Origin: Octopus bimaculoides
Taxonomy: Eukaryota
Direction: 5' to 3'
Assembly: GCF_001194135.2 (NCBI RefSeq)
Contig: NC_068983.1
Coordinates: 92,800,841-92,860,172 of the forward strand
Length of the DNA stretch: 59,332 nucleotides
Under the pieces are notes generated by a model. The model worked only from the letters and a program-made list of their open reading frames with translations. It had not been told where the DNA came from and did not search any database. The translations under genes were made by a program, and so were the position numbers. This document shows positions 1-11,230 of this stretch, one piece after another. How positions within the stretch are numbered: the first letter of the stretch is position 1; the number at the start of each line of letters is the position of its first letter.

Positions 1-213
1 AAAAATATTCAGACAAATACATAACAAAAACACCAGGACTTACAAATATATATAACATACAGAAAATTGCACTACTGGGTACTGCACACATTCTACGCAA
101 AACACTTTCAATACAGTAAACATAAGAGCACCACAGCAAACCACAGCACATACCCAAGGCGCACAGAGCTGCGCTCGGTAGTGAAGTGAAAGCACGTTAT
201 AAAAATAAAACTA

Positions 214-247
<34 letters not shown>

Positions 248-250
248 TCA
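1..250 (+). mobile_element. 3' end of an R4/Dong-like (restriction-like endonuclease) non-LTR retrotransposon with (AAT)n tail
   Basis: Frame 3-119 reads KYSDKYITKTPGLTNIYNIQKIALLGTAHILRKTLSIQ*, resembling the recalled C-terminus of REL-endonuclease LINEs. It is followed by a short 3' UTR and an (AAT)n tract at ~219-246. Confidence 0.7.
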
Positions 251-300
251 TCATCAAAAAATACCTTAGGAATGAGAACCCAAGTTCAAAATTTCCCCAA

Positions 301-341
301 GACACCTGATGAAGGCTGGAGGGTATATCAGCTGAAACGTA
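301..341 (+). ncRNA. Minimal hammerhead-ribozyme-like core, probably a degenerate Penelope-like element relic
   Basis: CTGATGA (306-312), stem II GGCTG(314-318)/CAGCT(329-333), GAAA (334-337), then palindromic ACGT and a GTA triplet. The stem I partner for upstream GACAC is missing. Confidence 0.45.
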
Positions 342-390
342 TTAACAACAGATGAGGACAAATATCTGTCAAATGTAAATAATTCTACAA

Positions 391-760
391 CGATGTTTTG
401 AAGCATTTGAGGAAGGTCATTCTGCAAAAGTGACTGGATCTGTGAAGCGCAAAGAATTGTATTCTACATGATAATGCACCATCACCAAGCTCTCCTCACT
501 CATGAGTTTCTTGCCAAAAACTACATGGTATTGCTTCTGCACCTGCTCTATTTTATTGTTGAGATCAAGAGCAAATCACAGAACGTCCTCGATTCACTTA
601 CAGAAAACAACTTCCAGGCCAGATTCCAAAAGTGGCAGGAATACTGGGACCAGTGTATTGCTGCTCAAATGACTATTTCGTAGGAGATGATGTTAAAACT
701 TAGGTAAATAAGTTATTATTTATTAGGCATAACTTGTTCAGGAACTCTTTGATACCACCT

Positions 761-764
<4 letters not shown>
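391..764 (+). mobile_element. Mariner transposon, 3' fragment
   Basis: Degenerate ILHDNAP and FQARFQKWQEYWDQCI segments, colinear with the 25276-26202 copy. Right TIR aacttgttcaggaactctttgataccacct at 731-760. Confidence 0.85.
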
Positions 765-792
<28 letters not shown>

Positions 793-795
<3 letters not shown>

Positions 796-1190
796 AAGTT
801 GTAGACTCAGGAAGACACAGGATGAAGTACTGAAGGACAACCTCAGGATGCTGAACCTTTTGGGCAAGATGACAAACAATCAAGATGCCTGGCGCCTTAC
901 TGAACTCAAGAAGACCTGTGTTTTGCAGCAAAAGTGCTAATGCCAGTCCCCCCCCCCCCNNNNNNNNNNNNNNNNNNNNNNNNNNNNNNNNNNNNNNNNN
1001 NNNNNNTGTTTAAGAGGATTGGACTGCAAGAGTCCTGTGTTGGTGTCACATAAAAAGCACTCGTGCTGGTGCCACATCAAAGTGCTTGTGCAGTGTCACA
1101 TAAAAACACTCAGCATGCTCTGTAAAGTGGTTTGCTTTAAGGGCTTCCAGCCATAGAAACCATGCCAAATCAGACTAGAGCCTGGTGCTT
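793..1190 (+). mobile_element. RTE-clade LINE 3' end (ORF C-terminus plus 3' UTR), interrupted by a gap
   Basis: GSCRLRKTQDEVLKDNLRMLNLLGKMTNNQDAWR resembles the GRGRPRKTWDEV...DRDLWR terminus seen at 15095-15367. The 3' UTR motif ccagccatagaaaccatgcc follows. Confidence 0.65.
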
Positions 1191-1644
1191 GAAATTATAA
1201 TACTTAACACCTGTTTATTCCATTCTAACATCTGAGATTGATATGAAATAATCATCATCATCATCATCATCATCATTTAACATTTGTTTTCCATGCTGGC
1301 ATCGATTGAATGGTTTGACAGGAGCTTGTGTACCAAAAGACTGTGCCAAGCTCTACTGTCCACTTTGTACTGGGTGCTTTTTATAATGGTAATAAAAATG
1401 ATCTTTTCTCTTGTCTTCTTGATGAGAATAAATCAATCTGAGACTCTAGATTTGATAAATGAAATACCAGAAATGTAACGAATTTGACTTCTATTGTACC
1501 TTCCTCTAGAAATGTTATGACTATATAAGGAAATACAGTCTGTATTATAGTAGAAGAGTGTTTGACTTCACAAACTTAAAAAGAAAAAACATGTAAGTTT
1601 TCAAAATTTTCTATAATTTTCTACTTGGCATTTTTTTTTAACAG

Positions 1645-2891
1645 TATACTGTGATCTTCGAATGAAAGAAAATGTCTTAAGATGGAAGGATTTCAGTCTT
1701 GTGGTTATTGATGAAGTCCACCATTCAGACAAAGAACATCCATTCAGAAAACTTTTGAAGGAAGAGCACCATACTTTAGAAGAGACAGATTGTCCCCAAT
1801 TACTAGGACTAACTGCCTCACCTGCTGGGAAGGAAACTATTCCAAAAACTATTACGATGCTTCAAACGTTGGTAACTAATTTAAACAATTCGAAAATTAA
1901 CATTGTGAAAGAGGAAGTAAAAGAGCTAATGAAGTATAAATCTTCTGCTCAGTTAAAAATCTGCACTGTTCCTTTCCAAGATGCTGAGTTACCATATATA
2001 GCTGAGTTTAAAAAATATCTTTTAGAATGTTTGAAAGTTCTTGTGGACTATTTTGATCTTTCACAATACATAATACCATCATCTGAGGATTTAATTGACA
2101 AAAGCTTTCTGAATGAAATTGAGGAAAGATTAAGGTCTGTAACCATCATTGGAGAAATGGAAAAAGGGACAATCTTAATTAATCACACTAAAGAAATTGT
2201 TTCCCTTATTATAGATGCTCTCGATGGAGGAATTTCTTGTATAGTTGAAGAACTAAAATTTCTTTCTGATCCTTCAAATATGAAATATTCATTTACACTT
2301 GCTTCTGGAACTGGTCTTTGTTGTGATAACATCAGATCAGTAGTTAACACAATTGTAGTGAGCTATAATATCCCTATTTCAGCACAGTTTAACTATCTTG
2401 TAAAAACTATTGGTGAATACATAACTGATGATCGTGATATTCTATCTGGACTCATATTAGTAATGGTGAAGAGAAGGAGAACTGCTGTTGAACTTTGCAA
2501 GATGATGAAGACTTCACCATTGGTTAATGAGAAACTCTCTGTTGTTAGTATCACTGGTCATGGTGGTGGTGGTGGTGATGGAATGAAAGTAAGTTCACAG
2601 AGGAAGGTATTTCAGGAAATAAAAGAAGGTAAACATCAAATTATTATTACGACTTCTGTAGCTGAAGAAGGTGTTGATTTACCAAAGTGCTCTCTAGTGA
2701 TAACACTGAATCCACCAACTTCAGTTATAACTCTGGTGCAAATGCGAGGCCGAGCACGGAAAAACAATAGCATATTTTTGGTTGTCTGTGAAAATACGAA
2801 GAATGAAGAAAACATTAGGAATCTGTTAAGTGCTGAAAGAATAATGGAAGATGCTACAGAGTATATGTGTAATAAGGAAAGGTCACCCTAG
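1645..2891 (+). CDS. RIG-I-like receptor/Hef-type SF2 DExH helicase, large exon (motif II to VI with Hel2i insertion); upstream exons lie outside the window
   Basis: Acceptor tttttttttaacag at 1631-1644 (phase 1). Motif II VVIDEVHH, motif III LLGLTASP, ~215-aa spacer, motif IV LVMVKRRRTA, ITGHG...QRKVF, motif V TTSVAEEGVDLPKC, motif VI QMRGRARK. Uninterrupted 409-aa ORF with stop at 2889-2891. Confidence 0.9.
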
Positions 2892-3171
2892 ATATTCTAA
2901 TGTGATTTAATTGAAAAAAAATGTTCTATTCTTATTAAATCTATTTTCCTTCATTCTTAGTTATTTTATATATTTTTCAAATATTTTCAGCATTTCACAC
3001 ATATACACACACATTCATCAATATTTAAAAGAGGATGGTTTCTGTTTTACATGCTAAATATAACATTTTCAGACAGAGTTTTTAGAAATAAAACATGGGA
3101 TAACTTTGGGGATCAAGTGATCTAATTTTGTGAGAAATGAAGTTGTTCAAGGTATAATGAAAATTGGTCAA

Positions 3172-3403
3172 ACAAAATGTTGGGTCAAGCTCAAAGAGCC
3201 TTAACTATAACTCTGTAAACCTCACTGCGCATTAGAAAAACTGATATTTTACCATTTTTTGATTTCCATTAACTTCCTTAAACTTGGTTAAAATTGCATA
3301 TACTTTTATGTTAAAATATTCATTTATTTTCATGTAAGTTTTATAGCATAATAATTAATTATTATAATGATAATAAAATATTTTTAACCTTATTTACTCA
3401 AGA
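3172..3403 (+). repeat. Local duplicated segment; second copy at 4290-4428 plus 5869-5991, split by a LINE
   Basis: aaaatgttgggtcaagctcaaa...aaattgcatatactttt...gttaaaatattcatt...ttatagcataata...tactcaag is colinear with 4290-4428 joined to 5869-5991. Confidence 0.8.
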
Positions 3404-4428
3404 ACTTCATTATATTCACATTTCACTTGGCTCTATTTTTACTCTTCTTCTTTCTGTTTGTTTACTCTCTCTCCTACTTATTCCTATATATGTCTGTCTC
3501 TCCCTGTCTCTTCTGTTTGATTTTCTCTCTCCCACTCTTCCTCTTTCTATGTTTTACTTTCTTTTCAACTTATTCTCCTTCCCTTTCTTGTCAATTCTGT
3601 ATCAATTCTCCTGTCTATCTGAATCCTCCCCTCTCTCTATATATCTATCTTTCTGTCTGTCTGTCTCTTTTTTTTCATTCGCGTTTCCTTCTAACACTCT
3701 TCCTCCTCCTACTATTGTAACTTCCTCCTCTATCTTCTGAACATGGTTTACTACCCTTTCTTTCCAGTTTGCTCTGCCTATTCCTCTCTATCTCACAACA
3801 CTAGAGAAGTTAAACTGCCCACTGGGTCATGTCTTCTCTCTGGTTGAGTCTTGTCTTTTCTTTCCGGTGACCATTGCCTGGTCAAATTTAATTAACACCA
3901 TGTCCGAATTCTCATTAATTCATCAAATTAATACTTTTCTTCCTTTTCACTGTGCTCATGGGTAACCTGAATAGCATGAACAGAGGGAAGTACAGGTGTT
4001 ATGTGAGACAATGCGGTTGCTTGACCTGTTAGAAATAGCAGCCAAATTGCCCTCAAATCACTTCCTACTGCCTCTTAGAAAAGATGCATTTGATAATGTA
4101 TTTCTAGACATATTGTATCAGAAATACAGAATGGCTGGTCAAGCTGAAACATCCTGCTAGCTCAGGAGTGGTCTGGGGCTAAATAATCAGATATGTTTTA
4201 TGTCCAAAGTAATGTCTATATTTATGCAACACATATATATTAAGCTCAAGTTAAATGATTGTATTGGTCAAGCACATTTAGTGCTTGACCCAACAAAATG
4301 TTGGGTGAAACTCAAATGAATCTTGACTATAATTCTGTAACCTTGTTGCATATTAGAAATATCGATTTCTTTTTTGTTTAATTCTTTAATTTCCATTTGC
4401 TTTCTTCAACTTAGTTGAAATTGCATAT

Positions 4429-5868
4429 CATCATCATCATCATCATCATCGTTTAACGTCCGTTTTCCATGCTAGCATGGGTTGGACGATTTGACTAAGG
4501 ACTGGTGAACCAGATGGCTACACCAGGCTCCACTCTGATTTGTCAGAGTTTCTACAGCTGGATTCCCTTCCTAACGCCAACCACTCCGAGAGTGTAGTGG
4601 GTGCTTTTACGTGCCACCGTCACGAAGGTCAGTCAGGAGGTACTGGCAATGGCCACGCTCAAAATGGTGTATTTTACGTGCCACCTGCACAGGAGCCAGT
4701 CCAGCAGTACTGGTAATGAACTCGGTCGAATGTCTTTTCACGTGCCAGGAGGGTGACGTTGGTAACGATCACGCTCAAATGGTGCTATTTATGTGCCCCT
4801 GGCACGGAAGCCAGACAGCTGGTGCTCAGGCAACGATCACGCTTGGACAGTGCTCTTAGTGATCTACTGGTGCCATCATAATTTTGCTTTCGCTTGCCCC
4901 AACAGGTCTTCGCAAACCGAGTTTAGTGTTGAATGAAGAGACGTTGGTATGGGTGCCAGTCTACAAATTTAGTTCGATTTCGATTTCACTTGCCTCAACA
5001 GGTCTTCGCAAGCGGAGTTTAGTGTCCAAAGAAGGAATATTACGCGTAAGTGGGCTGGCTACATCCCAGGCAGAGGCCTTGGATTTTGATCTCACTTGGC
5101 TTGCTGGGTCTTCTCATGCACAGCATATTTCCAAAGGTCTCGGTCAGAAGTCATTGCCTCAGTGAGGCCTAATGTTCGGAGGTCGTGCNNNNNNNNNNNN
5201 NNNNNNNNNNNNNNNNNNNNNNNNNNNNNNNNNNNNNNNNNNNNNNNNNNNNNNNNNNNNNNNNNNNNNNNNNNNNNNNNNNNNNNNNNNNNNNNNNNNN
5301 NNNNNNNNNNNNNNNNNNNNNNNNNNNNNNNNNNNNNNNNNNNNNNNNNNNNNNNNNNNNNNNNNNNNNNNNNNNNNNNNNNNNNNNNNNNNNNNNNNNN
5401 NNNNNNNNNNNNNNNNNNNNNNNNNNNNNNNNNNNNNNNNNNNNCGGAGCATACTGACTTCATTCCTTGCGAGCTTACGCATGTCCTCAGCAGTCACAGC
5501 CCATGTTTCACTGCCATGTAGCATGGCTGTTTGTACACATGCGTCATACAGTCTGCCTTTTACTCTGAGTGAGAGGCTCTTTGTCGCCAGCAGAGGTAAG
5601 AGCTCTCTGAACTTTGCCCAGGCTATTCTTATTCTAGTAGCTACACTTTCAGCGCACCCACCCCCACTACTAACTTGGTCACCCAGATAGCGGAAGCTAT
5701 CAACTACTTCTAGTTTTTCTCCCTGGAATGAGACAGAAGTTGTTTCCTGTTTGTTTACAGTGTTTATTGCACCTGAACATCTGCCACATACAAAAACTAA
5801 CTTGTTTCCTGCACATTTTCAGTGTTTACCCTGGAATGTGACAGAAGTTGTTTCCTGCACATTTTCAG
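4429..5868 (-). mobile_element. 5'-truncated RTE LINE with (GAT)n tail and 7-bp TSD TGCATAT
   Basis: (CAT)n at 4429-4450 on +. Long 3' UTR with internal repeats. Minus-strand peptides MLHGSETWAVTAEDMRKLARNEVSML and HDLRTLGLTEAMTSDRDLWKYAV. TGCATAT at 4422-4428 and 5869-5875. N gap at 5189-5444. Confidence 0.85.
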
Positions 5869-6539
5869 TGCATATACTTTGTTAAAATATTCATTGTATT
5901 TATAACCTTTATTTTCATATAAGTTCTATAGCATAATATAATGATTAATTATCATAATAATAAATGAAATCTTTTTAACATTATCTACTCAAGCAAGCCA
6001 AGTGAGACCTAAATCTAAGGCCTCAGCCAGTCCACTTATGCGTACCTTCCTTCATTGCACACTAAACTCCACTTGTGAAGACCTGTTCAGGCAAGTGAAA
6101 TCGAAATCGAGTTAAACTCGACGACTGGAATGATCGAATGAAGAGAAAAGGAAGAGGAAGAAGAGTAAAGGAAAAGAAGAGGAGAGAGAAGAAACATGAA
6201 AGAGAGATAGGTCTGGGAAGAAGGATGATGACCCAGATGAAGAGAAAGGATTGAAAATGGAATGGAGGAGAGAAAAGAAAGAGGAAGAGTTTATTATTAA
6301 AACTATTGTTTTTAAAAAGTGCAACAAAATGACCAATTTTTTGTTATTTTCTTGAAAGTTTGACATTTTTCTGTAAAACAGGAAATTTTTTCGATTTAAA
6401 TACTATATATAATTGAAGAAATAATGATGACTGTGTCACATACTTCATTCCCAGTTTTAAGGCTGTCTAATACATCAGGTAGTACAATGGATAGTTCCAA
6501 GTACCTGCAAAAGTAGAAGACCTAGATCTACTTGGCAGA

Positions 6540-6790
6540 GAACAATGCAGAGAAAAGGATATCATGAATGGGTGGTCAAACAAAAAGAAACAATAGACAA
6601 GGCTGGTCAGAATATGTGGAGTTGGGAACATTAGGGTAGTTTCCCTGTGTAGTATTTTATGCAGTTCATTTGTGGCATGTCATAGATATTTCTCCAGTCC
6701 AACATGAAACTTAGTTTAAACAAGTTAGAAAGATATCTAACTATAGAAATCTTTCCAGGAGATCCAAGCATCTTTATTATGAGGAATGGT
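6540..6790 (+). pseudogene. Decayed N-terminal exon (Q-motif, Walker A, motif Ia) of an RLR/Hef-type helicase paralog
   Basis: YHE at 6560 (YQE-like). CGVGNIRVVSL with GNI at 6624-6632, one substitution per codon from GKT. In-frame PT*NLV* at 6699-6719, where both stops revert by T>C to PTRNLVQ. 22 residues lie between GKT and PT. Followed by sequence paralogous to the intron upstream of the intact exon. Confidence 0.6.
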
Positions 6791-6879
6791 AGATTTCCCA
6801 TGTTAATTATTATAAAGCTAAAGCTACTTAAAAAATCCCTCAAAATACAATTTATAGTTTTGAAATTTTTGGTCTTAAG

Positions 6880-6985
6880 ATTATAAGTCTTAAGACCCAT
6901 GCATTTCATTCCAATGTTAGAGATTGGTATGAAAGCAATTATTTGATATTTTATGTTCTTGATGAGAACAAATCAATTTCTTATT
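6880..6985 (+). repeat. Paralog of intron sequence at ~1190-1250 plus ~1410-1440
   Basis: Shared blocks gagattg(a/g)tatgaaa and ttcttgatgagaa(t/c)aaatcaat. In the first copy a (CAT)n-tailed insertion separates them. Confidence 0.65.
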
Positions 6986-7951
6986 ACACTTTCTAACATT
7001 GTCTCTTCCATTACTTCTAGCACTGTCTCTCCACTTCTACCCACCTCTTCTATGCTGTCACTCCAATCATCATGTCTACTATGTCTCCATTTCACTCTAG
7101 TTTTGTAGTTTCTTTTCTTTTACTCACTCTATTTGTCTCATTGCCCCATATGGACTGAGATAGCTTAGAACAATGAGGACTCCTTTCTACCTAGGGTATA
7201 AAGCAACTGCACAAGTGCTGATGCCACAATAAAATGCAGCTAGTACGTCCTGTAGAATGTTTAATGAAGGAGTGGAGACAATGATGGGCTGAAAGTAGAA
7301 ACCATACCAAATCCAATAACATTTGAGATATGATCCCCTGACCTATCTAGGAGGATAATAGTTTTGAATAAGAACTTGGACAATGATTACCCATCCAATC
7401 CATGTCAGCATAGAAAGTGGACTACAGGACCTTTATTTTATTGATTCCAAAAAGACAAAAGGTGAAATCAACCTCAGTGGAATTTGAACTCAGAATATAA
7501 AGTGCAGGAAGAAATGCTGCTAATCATTTTGTCCAGCACATTAACAAATCTTCCAGCTTGCCACCTTAATGTATATATTGGCAAAGAAAATGATAAGTGT
7601 AGGGCAATTATTGATTGAGGAACGCAATGATCCCATAAATTTAAGAGTGTGTTTTATCAATGTTTTAAATTTCTATTTAATATTATTCTGTACTAATAGC
7701 AAATATCTTTTTATTCAATATTATGTTCATTTTGGTCACTCAAACTATCAGCAACAACATTTTTATGACCATTGTCAGTATTTATAATGTTCATAGTTAT
7801 ATTTTTACATTGAATTATAAATTAACTTTGTTGTAAGTTCTTTCTATTAATTTTTATCTCTAACACATCAGTATCTGATCGAGATAGGAACAACTCTTTG
7901 CCTTTAAAGACATTTTATTAATTTTACACATATGACACATTTACACATTTA

Positions 7952-8342
7952 GGCGCAGGAGTGGCTGTGTGGTAAGTAGCTTGCTTACCAACCACATGGT
8001 TCCGGGTTCAGTCCCACTGCGTGGCACCTTGGGCGAGTGTCTTCTACTATAGCCTCGGGCTGACCAAAGCCTTGTGAATGGATTTGGCAGATGGAAACTG
8101 AAAGAAGCCTGTCGTATATATGTATACATATATGTGTGTTTGTGTGTCTGTGTTTGTCCCCCCAACATCGCTTGACAACCGATGGTGGTGTGTTTACGTC
8201 CCCGTAACTTAGCGGTTCGGCAAAAAGAGACCGATAGAATAAGTACTAGGCTTACAAAGAATAAGTCCTGGGGTCGATTTGCTCGACTAAAGGCAGTGCT
8301 CCAGCATGGCTGCAGTCAAATGACTGAAACAAGTAAATGAGT
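7952..8342 (+). mobile_element. Near full-length tRNA-derived SINE (family A); further copies or fragments at ~21990-22200, 35253-35700, 35990-36560, 43000-43190, 44140-44510 (-), 44900-45150, 53770-53930, 57860-58040
   Basis: Pol III A-box-like tggctgtgtgg and B-box-like ggttcagtccc, conserved body, internal (TG/TA)n and 3' end aaatgactgaaacaagtaaa, repeated through the window. Confidence 0.85.
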
Positions 8343-9760
8343 ATATACAAACATCTTAAATTCTATAGTTAGGACTCAGAATAATAAAAACACAAGAACC
8401 TTTTAGCTAATGATGATACCTTTGTGTTGCTAGACCTGTTAGAGATAGCAAACAAATCTCCCTCAAATTATATTCTACCATATTAAAAGTTTGAAATTGT
8501 ATATGGTCTTAAATAAACTGTGAATAAAAGGGAACGCTCATGGCTGGAATGCTTAGCATCATAGGTCTGGATGAATCAAGGCTGACTTGGTGCTAAACAA
8601 ATAATAATAAAGAGCAGGACCCATGAATATTTCACGAAGTTAATGGTAAACCTATTGGGTTTTTTCCTAAAAACTTTATCCAACAAACCTGAAAGTGTAG
8701 CCTGTGTTGTGTCTGTATGGAGAGATAGTTGCTCATCTGCTACTCATTGAAAGTGAAAGAAATTGGAATACGATAATAACTTAATGCACTTTATATATAC
8801 ATTTTATATATTTTATGTACAATTTTATAGACTTAATACACATTACTCATAAAATAAATATTCACTCTTAATTTTTCCATTTTTCCCATAAATAACAACA
8901 AAAAATATATTCCATACATATGATACAACCTTTAGTTAAATTGCATATATCTGCTATGTAAATAAGTGTGAATATTTCATGGAATTGCACTTATGCGTTA
9001 AGTGATAGGTGACATAAAAAACTTAGTTCAATTAAAAAAAATACACTTTTCACTCTCCGATCACCACTGCCACCTCCACTATCACCACCATCATCATCAT
9101 CTCTCTCTGCCTTTCTTTAACCTCCCCATTAGAACATTACCCCTTTGCTAAAATTATATTGTTTTGACTCTCCTCCTCTATATCATCATTACATTCAACA
9201 ATTTTTTTTAACCATGTAATATTATGTTCCCCCTAACTCACATCTTCGTCTTTTTCTGTGTCACTCTTTGCCTTATCTTTTTTCTTTCTCCTCTCCCTTC
9301 AGCTAATCATGTGAAAGCGTTATAATTGCATTCCTTCTACCTCACATCATGGACGCTTTTCTCTAATCATGTGAAAGTGTTACTGACCAGCTAAGTAATG
9401 GAATGACAAGCAGAATTATTATAAAGTAATGAGCTTATTGTATATAATGTTCAAGTACACTACAATTCATCAGAAAAAGTAATCAAAACTTTATGGACAG
9501 TTCACAGAATATGCACAGGAAGTGAATAGTAAATAAGTCTTTAAAAAAAAATTGGGGTGGTGGCCATCACATTCTAAGTGTGAATGTACTATAGTCATGT
9601 CCTATGAAAAAAAAGAAAAAAAAACATCTGGTATATTGGCAAAGATTATCTCACTAACACACTATAACCAATACCTCAAATGTGCTGTTTTTTCTAGCAA
9701 CCTTTGATCTTGTGAATAAACTACAGTTCATCTTCACTTCACTTCCTCTCATCATACCAG

Positions 9761-9929
9761 ATTGGTTGATGATGTCAGTGTAGTCAATGCCCAAATTGAA
9801 TTATTGCAGGTTGTAGAGAAAACATTGGCAGAGAAGAGTGTTTCAGAACAGCAATGTTCCTTGAGTAAAAGTTTAGATAATTTAGGTTTGGGAAGGAGAT
9901 GCTGCAGAGAAGAGAAACAAATATACTGA
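9761..9929 (+). CDS. Candidate exon, possibly encoding a pincer-helix-like continuation of the helicase
   Basis: Pyrimidine-rich acceptor cttcacttcacttcctctcatcataccag ending at 9760 (phase 2). Open frame LVDDVSVVNAQIELLQVVEKTLAEKSVSEQQC...KQIY*. No transcript evidence. Confidence 0.25.
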
Positions 9930-9983
9930 ATGAAACATCAGTATCTAGTTTAGGAACATTTGCAGTTACAATAGAAGAGACAG

Positions 9984-10318
9984 AGGGGTAAAGGCCCCCT
10001 TTGGTCATGAATGACTGAGATTGCACTTGGAAAGTTACTCTCTGAGGCACAAGTCCGGGTTGTTTATAGAAGACAAGCAGTCACCAATGCATACCAGCCT
10101 CCACTCTGCATGCCACTGATGTTATCCAAGGGAAAGACAAAGGCCAATACAGCTTGGCACCAGTGACGTTGCAACTCATTTCTACAGCTGAGTGAACTAG
10201 AGCAACGTGAAATAAAGTGTCTTGCTGAAGGATACAACACAGCCTGGTCCAGGAATCAAACTCACTATTTCATGATTGTGAGTCTGACACTCTAACCACT
10301 GAGCCATGCGGCTTCAAC
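9984..10318 (-). mobile_element. tRNA-derived SINE (family B); related + strand copy at ~26260-26570
   Basis: Minus strand begins tgaagccgcatggctcagtggttagagtgtcagactcacaatc...gagtttgattcctgg (A/B boxes). Shares gcaagacactttatttca(c/t)gttg with the 26260 copy. Confidence 0.65.
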
Positions 10319-11230
10319 AAGAGACAAAGGGAAGGTACATTATATTGGTGTACTTGTGGTGGTTGTAATACGTGTAAATTATAATAGCAAAATATATGTG
10401 ATACAGGGAGGATGTCGTGTATTGGTGGCGTATGAAAGTTGCAGTAGAAGAGGTATAGAGAAAGGGAGGATGCAGTAGTGGTTACAATATGATGATAGTA
10501 ACTGAAGTTTGCCGTATAAGAGACAGAGGAAGTGGTAATATTGTAGTAGCGGTGGAGAAGATAAAGTGGTGATTTAAGAAGGCGTTAGTATAACAGAAAG
10601 AAAGAATGTGATAGTGGAAGCAGATTGTTGATGAGCTGAGGTGGTAGTCTCAGCATAAAGATCTACTGTTTAAAATTAAGAAAATTATAAGCCGACGGTG
10701 CTTAAAAACCATCTACTATTATAAGGGAGCTAACAAGTGTCAACATTAACTTAAAGGGAAGTAATTCTAATAGGGAATAATTTTAGGCTGATTGCTCACC
10801 TCAAGTTATGTTAAACCTTTCCTACAAATTCGCAATTGCCCGGAAATATCGCTTAAATTTACTTCTTCAAGCTTTATCTAAAACCAGTATAAAACATTGG
10901 TTCAAAAATATGGTATACACTATTACTAGTTATCACAAAATCACATACTTTGAAAATATTCTTAACCAAAGAATTATTTTCTAAATCTAAAATATATTTC
11001 TGGTATTTTGTTAGGCAAATGTACATTAATCTGAAATCACATTTAGTTTGGTGAAAAGAGGAGAAGCTGTACAATATAAGTGTTTCACCAGAATTTATAA
11101 CATTCTAAAGATCATCGGCTCTCAGTTTTGATTGTCACACATTCTTAGGAATTCGAAGAATTACAAGTGAAAAGTGTCAATTATCTCAACTAGAAGTTGG
11201 CTTACAATAATTTTTAGTGGTGAACCAAGA

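Noticed and set aside
5092-5690. Long ORFs here and at 47584-48351
   Set aside because: Length comes from N gaps; the real flanks are RTE sequence or (TA)n.
6500-6660. NB-ARC/STAND reading (LLGREQ...RLVRICGVGNI)
   Set aside because: The in-frame PTxNLVx motif 22 residues after the P-loop and the adjoining intron homology fit an SF2 helicase exon better.
7952-8030. tRNA-like A/B boxes here and in other SINE heads
   Set aside because: No complete cloverleaf; they continue into SINE bodies.
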